From contig CM097887.1 of assembly GCA_044892525.1 (NCBI GenBank), forward strand, positions 107,176,397 through 107,240,396: a stretch of 64,000 nucleotides of DNA, written 5' to 3'. A program made the translations under genes and the position numbers. The notes under the pieces were generated by a model. That model saw only the letters and a list, made by a program, of their open reading frames with translations. It ran no database searches and had not been told where the DNA came from. Numbering within the stretch: the first letter of the stretch is position 1; the number at the start of each line of letters is the position of its first letter. Positions 52,270-60,880 of this stretch are shown here, piece by piece. This DNA comes from Schmidtea polychroa. Taxonomy: Eukaryota.

Positions 52270-53630
52270 TGTAAGTTTAGGTATGAGCTCTACTCAGATT
52301 AATGCCTTAGTGTAGAGATGTTGTCTATGATTTTAAATGTTAAAATTAATTGTGTATTAAGCAATGGTCGGGAAGAATATTGCTTCCATGGCGCCACTGT
52401 GACCACTTCCACAAACCTTAGTGTTGTGTGCTGAGTCAACCATTTACGGTTGACCTTAGATAAATACAAAGAGTCAGACGGAGGGTTTCCTCGACCTAAC
52501 TCCATGGCAGGACCATGAAGTAGTTCGACCCCCGAAAGACCCGAACAAAAAAAGGGACGATATAATATCAGATTGCTATAATATTGATAATGCATGTGCG
52601 ATAAAAATTAGATGCAGGACTGAACGACGACGCAGGAATACCAGTACGCCGTCGAACCTTCGTACATCACTGGAGAAAATCAAAAGCAAGAAACATCAAA
52701 AAATGCAATTACTTCGATTTCCCCTACATAAATAATAACAAATTGAAAAAGTGATTCATCAATGCAATAAAAATCAACAAATAAAATAATAATAAATTGA
52801 AAAAGTAATTCATTAATGTAATAAAAAATCAACAAATAAATTAATAACAGATTGAAAAAGTAATTCATTAGTGTAATAAAAAAAATCAACAATTCTTACT
52901 ATTTTCGTTGGCAATATTTTCTTCAAAAATTGGCATAAAATAGTGATTGATTGTGACTGAAACGTGTCAGTATATATACCTATTTTGTACACGTGTATGT
53001 ATTGATGCATTAAAACAAACTCGAATTCTTTTTATTCCAGAACTTTCTATTTTGTAATTTCGATATTTTAAATGGCAATTTTTGTGCCATAATTTTTGTT
53101 TTTATTTTTAAATTTTTATTCTTTAATTATTTTTCATTAATTTTACGTCCATGATGGATTTGGAACGGTTCCAGAACATTCTATTTCACTTTTAATTTAA
53201 TTTTTATTTTAATTGGTGTTTTATGGACTTTTTTTTACGAATTTTCATTTTTATTACTAATTTATTGATTTTGTCTAAATTTTATTGTTTAAGATAGCTT
53301 TTATGATGGTCATCGCCATTTTTATGGAATGTTCTGGGTTTTTCTGGAATTTTTTACTGTTTTTACCATCTTTTAAGTTATTCGAGTTTGTTTCTTGTAA
53401 CTCTATGTTTATTTGATCATTTTTGAGTTAGATTTTGTATAACTTCTTGCTATTGGTATGATTTTATTTAATTTCGGTGTTTATGCTTTTGTTGTTTTCT
53501 CCTTGAATTAATATTGTTTATTTGATGTAATTTTAATATTTAACTACACTTTTTGCTTTTTGCATGTTGTGTACCTACACCTTTCAGTCACAATTCCAGT
53601 TTGGGTCTAGAAGTCAGTTCTAGCCCAACA
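52270..53630 (-). repeat. Right long terminal inverted repeat (TGTTGG family)
   Basis: Reverse-complement homology to 41883-43250. It ends ...GTTCTAGCCCAACA at 53630. Confidence 0.85.
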
Positions 53631-53680
53631 GTTGTATGCTGGGTTACGCTGGTAACAGCACTTAAACATTCAACCACCAG
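53631..53680 (+). other. Terminal hairpin module (GGGTTAC...GTAACCC-A-CCA), homologous to the central axis 48668-48739
   Basis: GTTGTATGCTGGGTTACGCTGGTAACAGCACTTAAACATTCAACCACCAGTAACCCACCA versus the reverse complement of the axis, GTTGTATTCTTGGGTTACGCTAGCAACAGCACTAAAGAACAAAATATCGGATCATCAGTAACCCACCA. Confidence 0.85.
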
Positions 53681-53815
53681 TAACCCACCAAAAGATATTA
53701 TTTTTTCAAAATATTATTTTTCAAGGTCGTTTATTTTTTCAAGGTTCAAAATCTGTTCAAAGCTACTGTTTTAGTCAATACGAACCAGATGAAATAATCG
53801 GTTCCATCGCCAAAA

Positions 53816-54066
53816 GTGATGCTCATCCTATTTGAATATATGCCTGAAAGATTGAAAGATTCAAGTTGAAAGACCTGAAATTAGAAGACAATCACAAGAA
53901 AATATTATCCGGACAATTGATGTCCGGACTGCAATACTTGCATAATTTGAATATCGCCCACTGCAATATCAATCCAAAAGACATTTTCGATGATATGGCA
54001 GAATTAAGATTAAAGATTTCAAACTTTGGAGGACGAATAATAAAATTGCGCTTATCGTCATATTAG
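53816..54066 (+). pseudogene. Degenerate kinase fragment, orphan copy
   Basis: Same sequence and frameshift as the array copies. Confidence 0.8.
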
Positions 54067-54092
54067 AAAATTACCAGCGAGTCGAGAGATTA

Positions 54093-54557
54093 GTGCTCAA
54101 CCATGCTTATCTAAGTAGAAGATGGACAATCAAACCAGATACCGTGACAAAGGCGAACATTTCGTATTTGGAATTTACGGAGAGAACCGGTTGGTATACA
54201 ATATATCAAGAAATAGTAAATCTAATACCTCCCACAAAAGGAGAACTAACTGGCAAAGGAAAGGCTAGATTAGTGAGTATTCCTGGTTGTAAAGGAATAA
54301 ACGCTTTGGATTGGTTTAGTGTCAGAAAGGTAGCGAGTGTAAACCAGCCCCGCATAAATAAATTAATTAATAATTGTAGTTGTCAAAATACGTTAAAGGG
54401 GACAACGAGAGATAAAACCTCAACTTGGTTATTCTTAATCATGATAGGGGGAGTAATTTGCATGATTTTAATTTTGATATTAACCACCCTATGGATGCTT
54501 AGATTAAATATGCGGGATATTCGTTATTGGGAAATTATTTACGAAACCGAGGTATAG
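54093..54557 (+). CDS. 154-aa transmembrane ORF, orphan copy
   Basis: Homologous to the array 155-aa ORF, with a 3-bp deletion and several substitutions. Confidence 0.55.
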   Translation: MLNHAYLSRRWTIKPDTVTKANISYLEFTERTGWYTIYQEIVNLIPPTKGELTGKGKARLVSIPGCKGINALDWFSVRKVASVNQPRINKLINNCSCQNTLKGTTRDKTSTWLFLIMIGGVICMILILILTTLWMLRLNMRDIRYWEIIYETEV

Positions 54558-54612
54558 GGGGAAAGTCTCACCATATACTAGGAAGTGTAAATATATATTT
54601 TATCTATTTTAT

Positions 54613-56328
54613 ATGTTATTTATATTAGTATGTAAACTAATGTGGGCTCAAATGAGCATCGGTAAAATCAGACATCAGCGTATGTCGACTTTGGTTACCC
54701 TGCGAGGGTCTATCACGAAAGTGATAAAAGCTGTTAATTATTTTATTTTTAGAAAAATGAATTATAACAGAGAACCAAAACCACCAGTCAAAGCAAATCG
54801 ACGACACCCATTGGCAACGTACAATTCCCAGACTCGAGTTGAAACTGAAGTATATAGTACATACAAAGAAGAGTACGTATACAGGTTCATCGGAACTACG
54901 GTCGCAGCAAAAATGAATCACCTCACCTCAAACTATTGGTATTATCCCAGGAGAGTGGATATTCCAAACGATTTCAAATTCCCAGGAGGGCCTCGAAGGC
55001 AAATGATGATAACGGTTATAAATAACCAAGGTAGATTAAAATTGGCGGAACTATGTAGAGATTATGGTTCATGTCCGAAATTGGAAAACATTTGGATCCA
55101 TGCGATCAATAGGCCATTCACTGTGTTTATGGTGGGATTAGAGTTACCTGTTGAATTAGAAAAACAGTGTACTCTGGAGATATACCACGCTGATGGACGA
55201 GAACGGAATATTATGATCCAGGCAGCAGCAGTTGATACCATAATCGCAGTAGAAATCTTGGATTTCAGGAAGCCATACTCTATAGTTAGCAAAAACGAGC
55301 CAACTTGGATTTACAATGTAAATAAAGTTGATATACAGCAGTGTAAATCATTTGTGAGGAAGAAGTTAACCAAAGCCGAGGAGGACGAGGCTACAATTTT
55401 CATATCGGCAGGTTTTGCCAAATCCCGAATCGAACTGAAGGAGACAATTATCCAAATCGCAATTATGGATATGAGGGGAAATAATTTATTGAGTGCGGTA
55501 GTGACTCCCAGAGACCCTGTAAAACACTACCAAACGCACCAATACACGTTAAAGGAACCTGATATTAGAGGAAACCTCGACGAAGATGATTGTTATCATC
55601 TGATAAGAAAGATCTGCGATAAGAAAATACTTGTAGGTATTTTGCTTAAAGATCTGATCTCGGTAGCCAATCTACCAGTGCAGCGGATACTGGGTATTCG
55701 TGACCTTTCTGCAAATAAACTATTGGAAACCAGAGGAGTCCCAAAGATTCATAGTCATTACAGATTGGGATTCCCGACGAAAACTTTCCTGCGTACGGTT
55801 CCCGGAGAACCAAGGAATTTAGTGGTCACCAATGAGGCACTGGCGATACGTGCGGTTTATTTACATATCAGAAACGAATGGTTAGACCATATCACCATAC
55901 CCCAGGAGGAATTCATTTCCGTAACTACAGCAGCGATAGTTGAGCAGGAAATGACGCAAAAGAGGAGATTACCCGAGCAACCATCTACATCAGGGCAACC
56001 CAAGCCTAAGAGAAAATCACCTGTGGACTTACCACCGCCTCCAGCTATATCTATTGGAGAAGAAGATGAATATGAAACATGCGTTAGCGAAACGGAGACA
56101 GCAAAATCACCCAAACAATCATCGGGAGCTGCCTATCAGCCAAAGGATAAATCGGAAAATGCGGTCAGAAAAGAAAATCCAGAAGGAGGCAAGGTGAAAA
56201 AGATGTTAAAGAAAATATTACCCATAAAAAGACAATTTTTTCAAATTTGTCAGACTTCCCGCCAACGGAAATTCTTCAACGATGGCTTATATAACGCTAT
56301 TAACATTTTGAATGCTAAGTACTGTTAG
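54613..56328 (+). CDS. 571-aa protein: unknown N-terminal domain, degenerate DEDDh 3'-5' exonuclease fold (~55396-55885), and a basic/Pro-rich tail with a bipartite NLS-like motif
   Basis: IFISAGF...IIQIAIMDMRGNNLLSAVVTPRDPVKHYQTHQY.LKEPDI...ICDKKILVGILLKDL...IRDLS...VTNEALAIRAVY parallels REX4/ISG20 (VALDCE...ARVSIVN..G.VLYD.YVKP...VTDYRT..SGI...LKGRILVGH...NDL...IRDTS...SVEDARAAM.LY). The Exo I acids are lost. Tail: KRRLPEQPSTSGQPKPKRK. The true start codon is uncertain. Confidence 0.7.
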   Translation: MLFILVCKLMWAQMSIGKIRHQRMSTLVTLRGSITKVIKAVNYFIFRKMNYNREPKPPVKANRRHPLATYNSQTRVETEVYSTYKEEYVYRFIGTTVAAKMNHLTSNYWYYPRRVDIPNDFKFPGGPRRQMMITVINNQGRLKLAELCRDYGSCPKLENIWIHAINRPFTVFMVGLELPVELEKQCTLEIYHADGRERNIMIQAAAVDTIIAVEILDFRKPYSIVSKNEPTWIYNVNKVDIQQCKSFVRKKLTKAEEDEATIFISAGFAKSRIELKETIIQIAIMDMRGNNLLSAVVTPRDPVKHYQTHQYTLKEPDIRGNLDEDDCYHLIRKICDKKILVGILLKDLISVANLPVQRILGIRDLSANKLLETRGVPKIHSHYRLGFPTKTFLRTVPGEPRNLVVTNEALAIRAVYLHIRNEWLDHITIPQEEFISVTTAAIVEQEMTQKRRLPEQPSTSGQPKPKRKSPVDLPPPPAISIGEEDEYETCVSETETAKSPKQSSGAAYQPKDKSENAVRKENPEGGKVKKMLKKILPIKRQFFQICQTSRQRKFFNDGLYNAINILNAKYC

Positions 56329-59217
56329 TGCAGCTTTTGGTAGTATTCTCAAGACAGATTTCTACTATCTTGGTACCCTTACCATAAAAAAGTAATCCTT
56401 TAGGATTCTAACATTTCAACAATCATCATTTTCTTTTTTGTAGTTCCATAATATTTTTCGCCTTTTATAATCTTCTGTTAACTTATCGTTACCAGATATT
56501 TACCACACCGAACCGGGACGTCTGACAACCTTAGTTAAGGTAAGTATATCTTCATCATAAATAAAATTGACTACATATACCGAATTCATTCAAAGTGAAT
56601 AAACAAAGATGTTCAACAAATAAAAATGAATACAATTTTCGTTGTTTAAAATGCAAAAACAAGTTTAAATATCACGGAACATTTTATGGACAAAATTAAT
56701 ATACGCCATATCTCAATGTTACTTTTATACAAGATTTGTGCTCTTTTTGATATTTGACTAATTATCCAGTCAAATGTGACCAAGATATGGTGATACCGAC
56801 TGAAGTATTAGAATAAGTCTAAGAGTGGTGGGTTCCTTATAAAGCAAGCTTTGATTCCTGTAGATAATCGTGATGATATTGCTTAGAATATGTCAATTTA
56901 AAAATAAAAGAAACTAAGGGGGATATTTTATAAATATATAAATATTTTAATCATGTAATAATTCGTCATTTGAAATTAATAAAAAGAATTGGCCTAATTC
57001 AATTATTAATTTAATTATTAAATCAATAATCTAATCAATATTATGCAATGAAATGATAAATATTTATCCCAAGTCTAACCATAATTTCCAAACACAAAAA
57101 GCGATTTTTCGGATCCATAAATTAATTTTGAAATCGAGTAAATTTAGATATTTCAACAATAATAATTTAAATAATTAAATCAATAAATGAAAATCAACTT
57201 TTAAATAAAATTGAATTATTTACCTGAATTAGCAGAAATAACTTCTTCAACCTAACTTTTAACCTAACCTGTTAAATCATAAATTTTCGGCAAAATCGAA
57301 TTTATTCCCCATAGTAAAACTCCACCAATCCCCATTAAAATCAAACCAGCAGTCTATTGATAAGTTTTAGAAAATATAAATTCACTCAAACTTAAAATTT
57401 ACCAAAATAAATCCAACAACAATTATGAGTATACATTTAATTATTCCTGTTACAAGTGGCCTTACATTCAGCAAGATTGACGTATCTCATTTCTCTAGAT
57501 TCACAACAACTTAATGGAAACTTGTAGCCAACTAAAAATTATAATAATTGATCAAGAGAAGTTTTTAGAATTATTAAGTAATTACGTTTGTGACCAACCC
57601 AATTTTCTGCCTTCTCGAAATCGGTGTAATTGTACAAGCCGCAACATTGGACCTATGAATACAAATAATTGAAATTGCCAGCATTTAAAACACTTTCAAA
57701 TAATTATTTTATTAATCAAATGATAAAGAAAATGTTAAAATGAACAACATTTGCTTTGACCAGTTTGAAAGCTTCTAAAAAAATTTAATTCTTTAATTAT
57801 TTATTTGGTAATTTTATTTAATGTATAATTTTTATGTAATGTTTTAAGCTAATAAATTTTTATATTCACTTTAGTTTTAGTTATATTTCTTTTTAATTGT
57901 TTTTTTTTGCCCTTTGTTTCTCTTTTTTATTTTTATGCTTATTAATTATGAACGATAGTGTGAGTTGAAATCCAGCATATCGTCGGGTTGCTCAGATGGG
58001 TGGGTATGCTGGCATCTTCAATGACTCAGCAGATTTCGGGCAGTAACGTGAATACTTCTCTATGAGTCCGTCGCTGTATGTATTTTTAGTGGAACATTGG
58101 TTAGAATTAGAAATATAGACCATTTATTTAAATATTTTGAAGGATAAGTTAAATATTCACAAATATTACAGAAAACATAGAGCAACATATATTTACAGAA
58201 AAATAAGGGCGGATCCCTGCACAAAACATTTGAAGATAACATTAGAAAACATCCAGAAATAAGAACCACAAATAAATGAATACATGACAATAATCAAACA
58301 ACAGTATAGATAATGAATAATGACGTAAGACCTTCTATCGGCAGTCCAAAACCCGAAAATGAAAATATCATGAGGAGTAGTTTTAGCAGTAGAGCTCACC
58401 TGCTCATTGATTTTCAACCATTGTATACAACACCAACATGTTATCACCATGGATACAGGGATGGTCTAAAGTATAATAATCACGAAGGCGTTTAGGAAGG
58501 AGTTGATTCAAAATCCATCATTACCCCTAACATATTTATAAAATGACACACCCCTAAGTGACCCAGCAATTTTGGGGCGTGGATAATACATGAGTACGAG
58601 TTATTTGTGAAACTTTAAGGTACCTTATTATCTGATTTTTATTTTTTATGTGTTCTAAACGTTAAAATGTATCTCATGTACCACTGCTTGCATTTTTTAG
58701 TTTATTATTTATCATTTTTTGTTTTAATTAACTTTGTTTTATTTGGTATTTTTCATTTATTTTAAATATCTTGGGGCTTTTCTTTGTTATATAGCTTTGC
58801 CTCGGGGGATCACTTAGGTTTTGTAGGTTAATTATTCATTTTAGATCATTTTAATTTACATTACTTTTCTCGCAATCTGAATTACATGATTCTGCCCAAC
58901 ACTCTGGTAAGCAATGGACCACACTCACCTTTTTGTTAAACAATGAACATTTCTTTTCTACAGTAGAATTCACTGGATTTTACAATAGGAGCTGGGATTT
59001 TAAGACTGGCTTTCATTGCATTGTCAATTTCTTCATTTATGAAAGGAGTTAAAATATTATGGTTTTCATATTAAATTCATTCTTCAAGCATCGTATGTTA
59101 GAAGAACAGCTCTTGGTAAAATAAATCACAAAGATGGAAATTGTCTTTTTTTACTTAATGTGAAATATATTTACAGTAGTAACATCCTTCAACTTGACAA
59201 TGCAAGATCACATAGTG

Positions 59218-59704
59218 CAGTGTTGTCCAAACATTTTTAAGCCACGGCACACTTGGCTGAATTAAAAATTTTTGTGGCACACCTAAATTTTTTTTTGCTT
59301 TATTTGCAATTTTTTATTGCACTTTTACTAATCTTTTAATAAGAAATGAAAAACTTATTTACTTGAAATATATTTAATGTAAAAAATTTTAAATTTAGAA
59401 AAATTAGTGAATGAAAAATTCATAAAACATAGTTAATCAGATTTAGGATCTAGATAAACATAATTAAGCTGCTTACATATTTTAGATAGTCAATATTTCT
59501 AGTAAGAAATATAAATATGATTGTAAACAAATAAATTTCGCACTTAATTGACTGATTAACATTTAAATTTGAAATAACTGTTAAAATATCCACAATTTAA
59601 TTTTCTTTTATTAAGTTGTTTGGAAAAACAGGTTTTTTTTGACTTTTTTTAAAAAAATTTCACGGTACACCAGTGTGCCGTGGCACACAGTTTGGACAAC
59701 ACTG
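59218..59704. mobile_element. hAT-superfamily MITE (487 bp)
   Basis: Perfect 15-bp TIRs CAGTGTTGTCCAAAC / GTTTGGACAACACTG. 8-bp TSD ACATAGTG at 59210-59217 and 59705-59712. Subterminal GTGCCGTGGC-like motifs are present. Confidence 0.93.
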
Positions 59705-59959
59705 ACATAGTGCGAAGAAGATGTTGAGGAAGAATGAGGAAGAAATGTTCTTCTTCGCCAACTATATAATCCGTATATTAATCATTCAAATTATTAATTA
59801 GTTATTTCTAAGCTAAATTATTTGCCGAGTAAAAATATTTAAGTTAAAATCATGAAAAATGGTGAATCGCAGGTAATCCACATTTTACTCGTTCGTGTCA
59901 TTTTCGACCCAACCCAAGATACAATGACTTGTTTAACCAACTGAAACCCGTTGAGTGAT

Positions 59960-60433
59960 CAATTATTTTAATTTTTATATTATTTTATTTTGATTTTTTG
60001 CTAATTTAGTTATTAAATTTTCATTTTTTAGTTAATTTCGATAAATTATTTGGCGGCCATGATGGATTTAGCCATTTTATAGAATATTCTAGTTTTCTGT
60101 TCATTTATGTTATAATTTTTATCTCTAATTCATTTTCATCTTTCCAATTTTCATCTCTACTTTCTCTTATCGCCATTAATTCAAACTTGTTTACTTATGT
60201 TATGTATCTACCCTGTATTTGAGCTGATTTCATGTAATACTTATTGCTTTTGTTTCACTTTATTTTACTTTTGTTAGTCATTTTGATGTTCTGTAAATTC
60301 TTTTAGGTTGTTTACATGGTGTTTCGTTGTGTCTTCAGTTTGGCTATACTTGATGTTGCGTCTGCTTGCTATATTCAGACGTATTTCAGCTACGCTTCCA
60401 CTATGTGGGCTTGAAATCAGTTTTTGGCCAACA
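59960..60433 (-). repeat. Third, more diverged copy of the TGTTGG-family repeat (left boundary approximate)
   Basis: The reverse complement begins TGTTGGCCAAAAACTGATTTCAAGCCCACA and shares AAGTATAGCCAAA and AATCCATCATGG.CG.CAAAT with 41883-42400. Confidence 0.65.
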
Positions 60434-60596
60434 GAAAGTTAAAAATAAATTCAATGGACGCACGTATAAAGGCACAACTAAGGGAGGGACAAATACCCCC
60501 GAGTGTCAAAATCTGGTTTAAAAACTATTTTTATAGTGTATATTTTTGACAATAGTTTTAATGCGATTATTTTATAGTCTACATACGGAATAAATT

Positions 60597-60880
60597 TGTA
60601 AATATATTGGCTACTGTTAGAAGAAGACATAGTTTCACAGAAATCTTTATTCACTACAAAAATCTAAACGGAACACACAATCGTTATACTATTTATAGTA
60701 CATTGAATTGCGTAATCTACAAAAGGGAGAATTATTAGTTTAAGTGATACTGTTGACACAGAAGACAAACATACTTACTTAATTTATTTATACAAGCATT
60801 CCCGCATCATTCAATAGATATCAAGGTCTAGTGACCTGGTTATGTAAGTAATTCGTTGGAAATTATTATATCATCTTACA
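60597..60880 (-). repeat. 3' LTR of the Gypsy element (distal boundary uncertain, 60597 or 60615)
   Basis: Starts TGTAAG immediately after the PPT. It contains TATAAATA and AATAAA on the minus strand. Candidate ...ACA ends are at 60615 and 60597. Confidence 0.7.

Larger units (their letters stand above)
41883..53680. mobile_element. Unclassified ~11.8-kb quasi-palindromic insertion (two paralogous halves tail-to-tail), TG...CA ends, 4-bp TSD AAAG
   Basis: The array unit reads ...TTATTAATAAAGATATTATT. It stops at ...TTATTAATAAAG (41882) and resumes at AAAGATATTATT (53681). The insert begins TGTTGG and ends CCACCA. The halves mirror each other (long repeats, ORF pairs, central arms). It spans two N-gaps. 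Confidence 0.7.

Noticed and set aside
53641-53680. Bona fide tRNA gene
   Set aside because: There is no anticodon arm or proper T-arm; it is reported only as a tRNA-like end.
41883-53680. Canonical DIRS or LTR retrotransposon
   Set aside because: No RT, RNase H, tyrosine recombinase or integrase is present. The repeats are inverted rather than direct, and the internal copy of the right-end extension is not joined to a copy of the left terminus as in a DIRS ICR.
54990-55110. LAELCRDYGSCPKLENIWI as a leucine-rich repeat
   Set aside because: A single partial match with no periodic repetition.
57290-57400. Minus-strand hydrophobic stretch AGLILMGIGGVLLWGINSILPKIY as a host exon
   Set aside because: Short and bounded by stops, with no convincing splice sites or family motif.
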